Below, piece by piece: positions 42,403 to 56,459 of a stretch of DNA of 64,000 nucleotides. Both the position numbers and the translations under genes were made by a program. The notes under the pieces were generated by a model that had not been told where the DNA came from, did not search any database, and saw only the letters and a list, made by a program, of their open reading frames with translations. Source of the stretch: the human T2T-CHM13v2.0 reference genome, Homo sapiens; the NCBI RefSeq assembly GCF_009914755.1, contig NC_060927.1; one strand, 5' to 3'. The stretch's first letter is position 1, and the number at the start of each line of letters is the position of its first letter.

Positions 42403-42750
42403 GGCCAGACACAGTGGGTGGGTCACACCTGTAATCCCAGGAGTTTGGGAGGCCAGGTGGGTGGGTTACACCTGTAATCCCAGCAGTTTGGGAGGCCCAG
42501 GTGGGAGGATGGCTTGAGGCCAAGAGTTGGAGACCAGCGTAAGCAACATAGTGAGACCCTGTCTCTGCAAAAATTAAAATAAAAAAATTAGCCAAGCATG
42601 GTGGCGCCCGCCAGTAATCCCAACTACTCAGGTGGCTGAAGCAGGAGGATCACTTGAGCAGGGAGGTCAAGGCTGCAGTGAGCCATAATTGCACCACTGC
42701 ACTCCAGCCTGAGGGACAGAGTGAGACCCTGTCAAAGAAAAAGAAAAGAG
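42403..42750 (+). mobile_element. Alu (AluJ-like) with a 43-bp internal tandem duplication
   Basis: GTGGGTGGGTYACACCTGTAATCCCAGSAGTTTGGGAGGCC(C)AG occurs at 42414-42456 and 42457-42500. Confidence 0.88.
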
Positions 42751-44599
42751 AAGAGAAGACTAAATTGTTTTTTACATGCTTATCTATGTGATGTGAGTTC
42801 AAAGAATCTCTGCAATGATTCAATATCTTTTTAATATTTTTGTTTGGGAAAAGCATTAAGCTCCTTCATTGTGTTAATTAATTCAGTTTTCTCTTTTATG
42901 TTATACACCAGCATGAAAAGTGTGAGATGTTAGAGGCCCACATCAGTACCCTACCACATATTTACCAGGAAAAGCTGACTTTATGCTTAATGGCAGCAGT
43001 CACCCCTTTAAAATGTGTGGCCTCTGTGTCCGATGGCGTGGACTCACTTCCTTTAAGTTCATGGCCTTCTGAAGATCAGCTGGGCTGGGATGAGTGGTGG
43101 CTGGCATGTGGTGGAGTGTCTTGCTTCCCTCTGATACATGGAAGTTATAAAAAGTCTCACTAATGAATGTTCTTAATATATATGGGGTAACTAATTTATG
43201 CATCAGACTTTGGAATAAAAGTAATAGCAACAGCAAATGAGAGTCTAAGAATAATTCATTTTTTTGATACACTTCTGCCCCCAGGTGCCAAATGCTACAG
43301 GGTGGAGGCGGAGGGAGACAGAAAATCTTTCTGTATAGGAACCTACTGATCGCTGCTACTATAAATTTTTCTAACCATTTTATTTCCATTGATTATTGTT
43401 TTAGTTCAGGTTTTCCTTATTCCTCATTTGGGTTATTGCAGATTAACTCTCTGACCAAGCAATCCATCGTTTCCATCATCCTCCAGTCCATAGTTATATT
43501 TCATCCCCTTTCAGAGAGCATTACAGACTCTGTGGTCGGCCCAGCCTACCTCTTCGATGTCATCACCTCCACCTGCTCCCACAAATCTTATGGGTCAGAC
43601 ACACCAGGCTGCTCAGTGTCCTCTCACAGTGCTGAGTTTATGACTGGGATGGATTGATTTTCATACTATTGTTGATTCAACATTTTTTATAGTATACTTC
43701 TTGAGAACAGAGACCATGTTCAGGGATCCCTAGTGCTTAATACAATTCCTACCAAATATTATGCAAGTAATAAAATTGCAGTGTCATTGAACATTTTCAG
43801 ATATGCATTTATTTCTACTAATTAATCTTAGTAGTATTAGCAGCCTTGACTAAATATTATTTCTAAATTGATCAACATGCGATGCAAAGCATGCTACAGA
43901 ATTGAATTAAGAAAAGAATTTCCATGAGAGATATGCATTTACAATTTTGTAGATTTAATCTTTGCATAGACTTTTTTGTTGCAGATACTGAAAATGAATC
44001 CATAAAAATACATAGATCCCTTTACTAGCCACTTTTAATTTACGGATGAGGAATATTCAGTTCACAGACTGGCTAGCGCTTTTTAGCTTTCTTTAGCGTT
44101 TGAAGCAGGGCTTCTAAGTCACATGAAAGACTAGACTAGTTATTGGCATTTAAATTTTTTGGCTCCTACTTGTATGTATTATTTATTAAACAAGTAGTTA
44201 TTGCACTACCTTTATGTATGCAGCACTGTTTTAGACAAAATAGAATTGTGACATATTCCTTGCTCATGGTCTTGTTTCAAAGACAATACCTACAACTGAA
44301 AGAATTAAATAATAGAGCCAGGCAATATCTGATTGAGGAAAAGCATGCAGTAAAAGTTCAGAGAAGAAGATACACGTGCAGAACTGGAATGGTCAGTAGT
44401 TGCTTCATGAGATGGTTGCACTGAGCTGAACCCTTAAGTAAGGATGTGGATACATGAGAAGGAAGAAGCTGGAAATTTTAAACATGAGGAGCTTCATGGG
44501 GAAAGAATTTCAAGCTATCAAAAGATATCAAAGATTGAGGAATTTGGACTTGGTCTGGGAGGTATTGGGGATCTTGAAGATTTGGGGGTAGGGAAGTGA

Positions 44600-44961
<362 letters not shown>

Positions 44962-45877
44962 TAAAAGAGAGATTTTGATAGCTTATATGATTTGATGACT
45001 GAATAAAAAATAAAGAGGATGAAAAAAGTGAAAAATGAATTTTTGGCTGATAAATAGAGAGATGGAGGTATTAAAAGAAATTGGGAAGAGAGACTCTGTT
45101 TCAGGAGGAAGAGGGATTAGCTTGATTTTTGGATTTGATGAAGATGTGAAGTTAGGTGACCAGACCTCGATTCAGATTTTAGAATCAGACTCTTTGATTT
45201 GGTGTCATTAACATTGATTGAAGAATGTTTTGAAAGCTGAGGTATTAAGAAACAACACAAAGGTGGAGTTTAAAAGAGGAAGTTGAGCGTTTGGAGAGAG
45301 TGCCATGCCAAAGGAGGGGACTTTTAAGAAAAGGAAGACAACACTTAGTACTTCTGTGTACCCAGCCTTGTAGGAATAACTTTACCTGTGTAATCTTATT
45401 TTATTCTCACAGTACCATGTAAAGTATGAATTATCATTGTCCCTATTTGACAGGTGAATTAAGTGAAGTTTATTGTGGTTAAATAACTTGCCTGAATGTC
45501 GTGCTGCTGGTGCAAGGTTAATCTGGATTTAAACTGAGATCTGTCTGTCTAACCCCCAAGCCCACATATTTTTTTAATTGAAATGCTGCAAAATGGTAAT
45601 GAAAGGTCAAGAAGAATAAAAAAAAAAAGAGTAAGGCCATTAGAATGTTCAAGGAGAAGATCATTTTTTAAGATTATAAAAGCGTAGTGGTAGGAATATT
45701 TCAGCATTTAGAAGGTAATAGTAAATTAATGGAGGAAGTGACCCTAGACCATTGCTAATTTGGGCAGCGAGTAGGACAGTTCTCTTCTGAGGCAGCTGAG
45801 TCAAGTACAGCAGAGAAGAGTGCTCATCAGTGGAGAAGGTGGGAATAGTGTTGGAGAGGTCTCAGAATAAACATTAA

Positions 45878-46159
<282 letters not shown>

Positions 46160-46836
46160 TTAAAAAGACACAGACGATGTGAGAAAAAAGACTGTTCCCA
46201 CCAAGTTTAGAAGAAAGGATAATGAGGTTGATGTGCCTGCTGTGCCGGGGGGATAAGAGAAAGGTGTCAGGCAAGAATAGATGTATAAAAGCACTAGTTA
46301 CAACTATACTTTGAAAGTCATATTTTACCTGGAAGAAATCTCAAAAAACAAAGACTACATGGCAGTTAAGTGACCCAAATCAAGTCACTTTCCCTCTTCA
46401 GGCCTCAGTTTTCCCATATGTTAGACAGGTTAAATTAGGTGAGACAAACTGATCTTTTAGGACCATTCTATAATACTGTGCTTAACTTTCTAAGCATTCT
46501 GGAATGGAGCAGCCTTGATCTTTTCACAGATACGTCAACCATATAGCTTTATTTATAAAACGAACATGTTGAGATAACTAAAATTAGAGTTAATATCTTC
46601 ATAGGTACAAAGAAACTTTTAGAACTTAAGTCCACAAGTCAGAATTTCTGGATGAATTCCTTTTTCCTCTTATTAAAAATTGTTAAGATGTCTGATTAGA
46701 CTAGTTGTAAATTCCCTTGAAAGCAAGGATGATATCCTGCTCTCTACTGTGTCCTCAGCATCAAGGACAGTGCCTAACACAGAACAACTACCAATGAATA
46801 TTTATGAAATGAATGAAAGTTTGAATTGCAAAATTA

Positions 46837-47540
<704 letters not shown>

Positions 47541-48670
47541 TCAATCTCTTCCATGACAATTCAGGGACACATTAATTGTGCAAAAGGCAGTCACTTGTCT
47601 GTATTGTCTATTTTTATATCACTTAAATTGGTTTTTCATTTGGTTGCTATGTTGACATTTTATGAAAAGGGAACTAAACTTGTGAATTGACTGACAGTGG
47701 AAATCATAGGATTTTCAAAAATAAGTTTTGTAGTTACTTAAAAATTAGTATTCCAGTTTTCGGTCGTTCATTAGTTTAAATGTTACCAATAATATTTTCT
47801 TTATAAAAAGAAATTATGTTTTATATTGTAGAGGAAAAATGATTTAGAAAAACAGAAATCTATTTCTGAACAAATTTAGTGATGCTGATGTAAGAAAAAG
47901 AAAACCACAAGAAGTCATCCCAAATTTAGTAATGCTTCCTATCTTAAACACATGATTTCACTTGTCTTCTGGCTAGCTAAAGGTTACAAAATGTCACCAT
48001 AATACCTTTTACTTCCTTATGAGTTCTTGCTACTCCACCCCCTACCCCCAAATATGGTAGATCGAGTTGTAAAAACCCTGAAGTATGACAATATAGTTTA
48101 TTGCACTTATAGTTAGAATTATTCTGCCAAGATGAGCTGAGAAATGGAGGAAATGGATTTAAATTTACAGCAGTCCAGTGATACACAATATGCGTTTTCC
48201 AGACCACTGAAACAGCAAGCCAACTTTTAACTTTAATACTTCAAATACAGTGGAAAAGTTACAGCTGTAATAAAATCAACAGATACATCTCTGGTTAATG
48301 TTCTCAAATGAGAAAATTGACTGCAAGAACATTTGTCCAAATACATGTTTTTATATATTTTATGCTACTTTCCAGAATATTAACAGTTTTACATAGCGCT
48401 GTTTTGGAAGTCACTCATTGTTTTCATCTTTCTGATTAAGAAATAGGGCCAAAGTTGTACATTGCACTAGTAGTAGACTTTTAAAGATGTCTTTGTCTCT
48501 TTTTCAGTACTAAGCTTCAAGTTCATAGATTATCCTTGATCTTTCCTTTCCCTAGGTAGAGATTTAGAGTATTTGTTTATGTGAGATATATATAAAAAAA
48601 AAGGAGATTTTAACAAATGACTGTTTGATTCTTGGGTAGAAACTAATACTGATCAAGACCAACCAAGTAT

Positions 48671-48712
48671 TCAGACAAGATCGGGCGTGTTCAGGGTGGT
48701 ACGGCCATAGAC
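48671..48712 (-). pseudogene. 5S rRNA 5' fragment (nt 1-42), tailless retropseudogene
   Basis: The minus strand reads GTCTATGGCCGTACCACCCTGAACACGCCCGATCTTGTCTGA versus 5S GTCTACGGCCATACCACCCTGAACGCGCCCGATCTCGTCTGA (4 mismatches, 3 at CpG). It is flanked by the 14-bp direct repeat CAACCAAGTATTCA (48660-48673, 48715-48728). Confidence 0.92.
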
Positions 48713-49867
48713 GACAACCAAGTATTCAAACATTGAGTGTTCAGTGGAGGCTGTACAGATATCCTGGGTTTTGATTCAAGATAGTGAGATAGCCATCCTA
48801 TGAGAATGTGAACTTGAAATAAGATTTTGATTACTTTTTTTTCCTCCTTTAAAGGTTTGTTCAATTTTAACTATTTTTTTTCAAAATCTGCATTATCACA
48901 GTATATTTTAAAAGAATGACTAATTTACTGTGATATATTTGGGAGTTACCTTGAAAGAGATTATCTTGTAATTTAAAATACCAGAGGTAGAGTGAAGAGT
49001 CAGGTGGTAAAAGAGAAGGAGACTGGATGTTTGTACCCGGTTTGCTTCTTCCCCTTTGTTCTGCTGCTGGTTTTATTTTAGCTGTTCTGTTTGCCTCACC
49101 GCAGGCAGCGTCACCACTCCGGTTCCAATCTTCTGGACGTAGAGTTTTCAAACCATCTATAAATTAGCAGTCTAAGTGGAACTTTGGCAAATGAGGTTGC
49201 CAACAAGCATTTTCTTTATATTTAGATAATTTGAGCTCATGGCCTCTGGGCATTTGGTAAGAAGTCCAGTAAAGAGAAGCCTAAAGAACAGAATCTTTAT
49301 TATGAGTAGTCGCCTTTTTCCACTCAGCAGTTTGATTCCAAGCACCCTGAGAAAAACTAGAGACATAGTCTAGTTGGCAGGTTTTTTGAAGAGAATGAGA
49401 AGCCCAAACCAAAAGATAATGAAGACCACAGCAGAGAACTACCGAGGCAGCTGGCGCAGATGCTTTTTTGGCACTGTTGAGAAAGGCTTCAGACCCACAG
49501 TCTGAAGAGATGGAGAACCCCTCCTCCAGGAGCAAGGAATAAGAATGACAATTGTTCTGTAGGACAGTTGACTTAGATTCAGGAAAGTTCTTCAGAAAAT
49601 ATATTCAGATCACAAAAAAGGTGTTAAAATCCCAGGATTTTTCAGCCAAGGATGGCACTTGCTTCTTTCAGCATCACTCATCAAGTTGAAATTTATGAGT
49701 GTCCTTTGTTATCACAAACAAAGCAAGCAAACTGAACAAATGAGAATGCTTCTTTAGTATTTACATAGCACTTTAAAAGCTCTGTTTTCTTTACAAAATG
49801 TGTGTATGGAAAGGTAAAATGGGAATAAATAGTATTAAATTCTGTTCTTAGAACCTACTGTATAGTG

Positions 49868-51041
49868 ATTGAACAGCTAAACAGAACGAAAAAGCATGCA
49901 CATCTTACAGATACAGAGATCATGACTTTGGTAGATGAGACTAACATGTATGAAGGTGTAGGAAGAATGTTTATTTTTCAGTCCAAGGAAGCAATTCACA
50001 ATCAACTGTTAGAGAAGCAGCAAATAGCGAAGAAAAAATTAAAGAACTAGAACAGAAAAAGTCCTACCTGGAGCGGAGCGTTAAGGAAGCTGAGAACAAC
50101 ATCCGGGAGATGCTGATGGCACGAAGGGCCCAGTAGGGAGCCTCTCTGGGAAGCTCTTCCTCCTGCCCCTCTCATTCCTGGTGGGGGCAGAGGAGTCTCT
50201 GCAGGGAAACAGCTTCTCCTCTGCCCTGATGGATGCTTTATTTGGATGGCCTGGCAACGTCACATTTTCTGCATCACCCTGAGCCCCATTTGCTTCCCAG
50301 CCCTGGAGTTTTTACCCTGGCTTTGCCTGCCACCTCTGCCCAGGACACTCTTCCCTCTTGGGGTGTGTGATGAACTCCCAGGAGAGGAAAGATGGGAGCC
50401 AGGGCAAGATAGGAAGCTCTGCCTGAGCTTTCCACTAGGCACGCCAGCCAGACCAATAAAAAGCATCTGTCCCACTCTGCTAAGCCTGCTTTTCTTGAGC
50501 AGAGGGTGAGAGAGGCAGTGGCCATCTCCACCTCAGCTCCTGCTCCCTCTGCATCAGAGCCCTTCCTTTCTTGGGGGATGGGCTCTTGCCCTCTTCTCTT
50601 TTCCCTTCCTGTATCTTTGACTAACGCCTCAGCTTTCAGGCCTACATGTAGCAGACAGAAGAGGAAGAAAGAACAGACGTTCACAGCTGAATCTCAGTGA
50701 ACAGAATAGCAGTCCCTGGATGGCAGTCTGCCTAAAGATTCCTTTCCCTGCCTTCTCCCATACATTCCAAAAGGAAGTTCAACAGTCAGCAGCACCTCCA
50801 AGACTGTCTCCTTTTGGCCAATATCATAAGATGGACGCCGTAATCCTGAGGCCTCCTAGAGGCTGAGGGGGCAATGGTGTGCTCCAGCTGGCTCATCCCA
50901 GCCCAGGTGGGCCAATTATTCAATTTTCAAGAATTTTGTTGCAAGCCAGTTGTTAAACACAGCCATTATAATTATGTAAATTTGCAAATTATGTTAAAAA
51001 CAAGGACAATAAATACTCAAAATGCAAAAAAAAAAAAAAAA
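49868..51041 (+). pseudogene. PFDN1: 5'-truncated processed pseudogene of prefoldin subunit 1 (PFDN1)
   Basis: Translates as IEQLNRTKKHAHLTDTEIMTLVDETNMYEGVGRMFIFQSKEAIHNQLLEKQ. After a 1-bp deletion at ~50028 it continues in the other frame as EEKIKELEQKKSYLERSVKEAENNIREMLMARRAQ* (stop 50134-50136). It is intronless, with a 3'UTR, AATAAA at 51008-51013, a poly(A) at 51026-51041, and a 16-bp TSD AACCTACTGYATAGTG at 49852-49867 and 51040-51055. Confidence 0.95.
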
Positions 51042-51472
51042 CCTACTGCATAGTGTAATAGTGCTCTCACTTTTCTCTCCTTGATTCTGATGTCAATCAC
51101 TCATTGTCACCTCCACTAGAGGGGGATAAAAAGGATAATAGGAAATCAGAATATTTTGATTTGTAGTTCAACTGTTGATCAATTATCTTTGAGACTTTTA
51201 ACATTCATGACTAAGGAGGATTAATAATTAACATGAGCTGTAGAATTAAGGTTTGTATGGCATGATAAGTATAAACCAGTTTTGGGACCGCTATAATTCT
51301 AAAAAAGCAGGTAGACTAGATGATTAGTTGTACACTTATTACTGCTAATTCTTGATTGTAGAACAAATTTTCCTATGAAAACCATGTTGTGTATTTTATA
51401 TCTCTATTAGTTCGTTAAAAGTTTAGCAGTTTTAGATGTCCAACCAGTAAAAAACAAGTTGCCCATTCTATC

Positions 51473-52153
51473 ATTTTTTTTTATTGTGGTAAAATATATT
51501 TAAGATAAAATTTACGATTTTAACCATCTTAAGTGTACATTGGTACAGTGGCATTGGTTACGTTCACAATGTTGTACAACTGTCATCCCTATCTATTTCC
51601 AAAGCTTTTTCATCACCCAAACAGCTCTATACCCACTAAACAACAACTCCACATCACCCACTCCCCAGCCCTGGTTATCTCTGTTCTACTTTCTGTCTCT
51701 ATGAATTCGGATATTCCAGTTGTTTCATATAAGTGGACTCATATAATATTTGTCCTTTTTGTATGGCTTATTTCATTTAGCACAGTGTCTTCAAGGTGCA
51801 TCCATGTTGTAGCATGTATCAGAATGCCATTCCTTTTTATGGCTGAGTAATATTCCCTTGCATGGATATATACCACATTGTGTTTCTCCATTCATCTACT
51901 GATGGATACTTGGGTTGTTTTTGCCTTTTGCTATTGCAGATAATGCTTCAGTAAACATTGGTGTTCAAGTATCTGTTTTAGTCCCCGCTTTTAGTTCTTT
52001 TGGGTATATACCCAGGAGTGAAATGCTGGGTCACATGGTAATTCTGTTTTGCTTTTTAAGCAACTGCCAAACTGCTTTTCACAGCTGCTATACCATTCTG
52101 CATTCCCACTGCAATATATATGGGTTCTAATATCTCTACATTGCTACAACACC

Positions 52154-52187
<34 letters not shown>

Positions 52188-52360
52188 CTGTCCTATTAGG
52201 TGTCAAGTGTTATCTCATTGTGGTTTTGATTTGCATTTTCCTAATGGCTGCTGATGTTAAGCATCTTTTCATGTGCTTATTGGTCATTTGTATGGGTTCT
52301 TTGGAGAAATGTGTATTCAAGACTTTTGTCCATTTTTAAATTGGGTTGTTTGCCTTTTGC
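51473..52360 (-). mobile_element. L1MB-like 3' region
   Basis: Antisense L1 3'UTR/ORF2-end motifs (CATCCATGTTGTAGCATGT, TTTGATTTGCATTTTCCTAATG, CATCTTTTCATGTGCTTATTGG). Confidence 0.8.
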
Positions 52361-54611
52361 CTTTCTATTCTTCTCTCACTTTTAAATTGATTTTCTCCCA
52401 TATTTCTCCACAAAGTCAAAAAGATGATTTCATTTGAGCACAGATAAATGCTGTCAGCCTTCCATTGCCATATACATTGAATTAAGGTCAAATGCTTTTT
52501 GTGCTGTTGCTAAAATCACTTGAGAATCTGTCTCTCTTCAACTGAAAGAATTGTTCTGGATGCGTTGATGCTGTGGAATTCCTTGTACTCTCTCCCAAAT
52601 CTCATTTAACAAGCTCACATTTAGGGTGTGATTCACTGTGAAGTATTCCAGAAAATAAAATCCATTTTCTCAGAATGATGAGAAATTTTACACCTTGAAG
52701 AGACCATCTCTTTTCCAAACTGAGATCCACAGATTCTTGGAGATCCACAGATATATTCTTGGGCTCTGAGAGTTTTAGAATTTTAAAATAATCTGTTTTT
52801 ATATCAATAATCTAAAAGGTCATTAGAAAGCCCACATTTCACAATACAAGGACATTTTCCTGGAATGAGACTGTTTTCTTACATTAGTAAGATGGAAGTG
52901 ACTTGCCTAAGATAACACAGCAAGTTAAAACCAACACTAAAACTCATCTTTGGAAGCTTTTCTCAGTGTTCTTTGTTACTAGTGTGGAGATCTTGCAATG
53001 ATTCTGTCTTCATTAAGTCTACAGGTAGTGGGGAAAGCAGAAAAAGAACAAGTATTAACTAAAATGATGAGTGCTGTAAGGGAGAGAAATGGCAGTATGA
53101 GTTGTGTAGAATGAGAGCAGTTGCATAGGATGAGTTAAGTTACTGTGAGAGTTTGAGGAGGTGGTTTTTATGCCGATAGTTGAAGAGTGAATTGGAGTTA
53201 CCTTAAGGGGGTTGTGAGAAGAACCATGTTACAGATGGAGGAAATAAGATGTGAAGGCTGTGATGTGGGAAACAGCTTAGTTTACTCCCTGATTTAAATG
53301 GAGAAAAGGAATCCAGTGAGGCTTCAGAGAGAAGCAAGAACTAGGTTATTCAGGGTTTAAGACAATCAAAAGTCAAAATAGAGTTTAAACAGGGGAGTGA
53401 CATAACCTGATTTGCATCATGCTGGCTGTAGTATGCAGAATTGATTGGAGAGGCAAGGATGGCAGACAGGACGCCAGGTGGGAAGCTATGGAAAGGTGCA
53501 TATGGAAGAAGAGAGTGTCTTTGGATTCCAGTTGGTAAGTGGAAGAGACTGAAGCATGTGGCTGAATGTAAATGTTTAATAAGTAGAATTAAAAGGACAT
53601 GGCGATTGGTTTGATGGGGATGTCTGGGCCTTCAATTATGACTCCCTGTTTTTGGCAATGATCAGCTGGGAGATTGGTGGCAGCATTTACTAAGACAGGG
53701 CTCATTGAAGGAGGACCAGTTTTAGGGAATAGAGGATGAATGGAGTTTTTAACCTGTTGAGTTTCAGTTGCCTGTGAGATATTTCATTGGAGTTACCAAA
53801 TAGATATTTCTATGTAGTGTCAAGGTTCAGACTAGAGGACTGAGGCAGAGATATAAATTTGGTCTTAATATATCCATAGTGCTTGAAACTATATGTGTGG
53901 AGATAGTTATATACTAATGGTTGTCAAATTAAGCATTTTTTCCAATTCCTTTCCCAGAATCTAGTCATGTGAAATGATGAGGAACTGGAATGTACAGTGT
54001 ATACATTGTTCTTGGCAAAACTAAATTTAAGTTTCTGCTTAACCTAATCAACCAAAAAGCCCTTTTTATTTCTGCCTGTGTAAAATCTTTCTTCAACATA
54101 TTAAGCCATTTTTCTGTCTTGGTAAATATGATAGGGTGAAAAAAAATTTAAATTGAATTTAGATAGCCCTGAATTGATGATTCAAGAACTTTTAGAATCT
54201 TAGTTTTATTTTTGAGTAGCAAATAACATTATACTGTAGATATAAAAAATGTTGAAGATTATCCCAGGAAGTGCTCTGGAAGCTGCTTTTAAAAATAAAT
54301 AACTTTTAAACTGCCTTTTCTCCCTTAGCATTTGCCCATTTGTTCTAAAGGTAGAAGAACAACTTTCAGTGTGTTAAGGGTTTTTAATAGTTAATCACAG
54401 TTATATGGCATTTGTTTTTGTTTAATATGTGGATTTTTATGTAATGCCACCCAGAGGCCTAGGTATATCAGTACATTCCTCAGCATTATTAATGTCATCC
54501 AAATAGATTGTCTTTGATTACTGATCACTGACTCCATATATAGGGCAGTGATTTCAAAATTATTCTACTACCATTGCAAGTAGACATGTATACAGTAAAG
54601 AACCATCCAAA

Positions 54612-54905
54612 GGCCAGGAGCAGTGACTCAGGCCTATAGTCCCAGCACTTTGGGAGACCAAGGTGGGAGGATCGTTTGAGCCCAGGAGTTCAAGACTAGC
54701 CTGGGAAACATAGTGAGACCCCATCTCTACAAAAAATTTTAAAAATTGGCTGGGCATGGTGGGATGCATACTTGTAGTCCCAGCTACTTGGGAGGCTGAG
54801 GGAGGATCGCTTGAGCCCGGGAGGTCCAGGCTCCAGTGAGCCATGTTCACACCACTGCACTCCAACCTAGGCAACAGAGTGAGATCCTGTCTCTAAAAAT
54901 AAAAA
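54612..54905 (+). mobile_element. Alu (AluJ-like)
   Basis: Full dimer. Confidence 0.88.
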
Positions 54906-55326
54906 TTCTGAAAAGTTACATCTAAATTAGGTTTGAGTAAATGAAGTCATGAGCCAACTGCATAGGTGATCTTTCTAGTGGTAGCAATACCAAAGTGGGC
55001 CTTGTAAAAACAAACAAACAAACAAACAAAAACACCCTTTTAAATGTAGTTCAGGGAGAAGGAAGCTAGTATTTCAACTTACTGTATGCCAAGCACTTCT
55101 AAGTGCTTTACATTATTCTCTTTAATATTATTTCTTATATTCATCACCACAATCCTCATTTACAACTGAGGAAACAGAAGGAGGTTAAATAGCTTTGCCC
55201 AAAGTTACACCACTGGCATGTGGTAATGTAGGGCTTCCAGCTTGAGTATATCTAATTTTATAGCCATCATTCTTTCTCTTTCCATCTCTGTATCTCTCTG
55301 GGAGTCAGGAGACCTATATTCCTGTG

Positions 55327-55437
55327 TTTTTGTTGTTGTCGTTTTGAGACAGAGTCTCACTCTGTTGCTCAGGCTGGAGTGCAGTGGTGCCATCGTGGCT
55401 CACTGCAACCTCAACCTACCGGGCTCGAGTGATCCTC
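55327..55437 (-). mobile_element. Alu right-arm fragment
   Basis: TTTTGAGACAGAGTCTCACTCTG...GTGATCCTC. Confidence 0.75.
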
Positions 55438-56072
55438 AGCTGTGCCATCTCGCTATGGAACCTTGGCTAAGCCACGTTCTGAGCTATGGTAAAGCACAGT
55501 AATAGGTTCACATTCACTCTCCCCCATCATGCTTATGCCCCCTACCTCGTCTAGAAGGCTCCACACTTCCTTTCTGTGTGCTCGTTCATTCAGTCGTCAG
55601 TCATTTCGTCAGTTAGTCAGACAACAGACTTTGTTCATACGACATTAGTGACTGAGGTTCTGTTGAGTGACGCAGATAGGAAATAACCTAGCTGCATGGT
55701 TGCTGTCTTTCAAAAGGCCGTACTCTTAGGATCCACATACAGGCCCCCATCTTCCGTGAAGCCATTGTCCCCAGCCATCCCATTTTGACGAGTTTTTTTG
55801 AGTCCCTGTGAAACTTTGGCTTTTTTACATTTATCTGGCAGTTAACTAGGTGCTGCTTTGTGACAGTTCTTCTATTATTGGATGCAATTCTTAATTCAAA
55901 TCATGTATCATTACTTAACTTTTCACCTCTTTGCAGCTTCTTTCTCCCAGAAGATTACAAGTTCCTTAAGAGCAGGCTTATACTTCTTTGTATAATATTT
56001 CCCACAGTGTCTCTTAAATAGCAAAGTTTTTTGACCTGATTTACTAAAAAAAAGTTTGTTGACTTGGCTTAA

Positions 56073-56459
<387 letters not shown>

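Noticed and set aside
49865-50050. 61-aa ORF as a functional prefoldin gene
   Set aside because: It is 5'-truncated (lacks the first ~33 codons), starts at a GTG, is frameshifted at ~50028, and is flanked by a TSD and poly(A). It is a pseudogene.
51113-51125. CTCF-like motif CCACTAGAGGGGG just downstream of the retrocopy
   Set aside because: It lacks the conserved C of the GGC end, and single motif matches are expected by chance in 64 kb.
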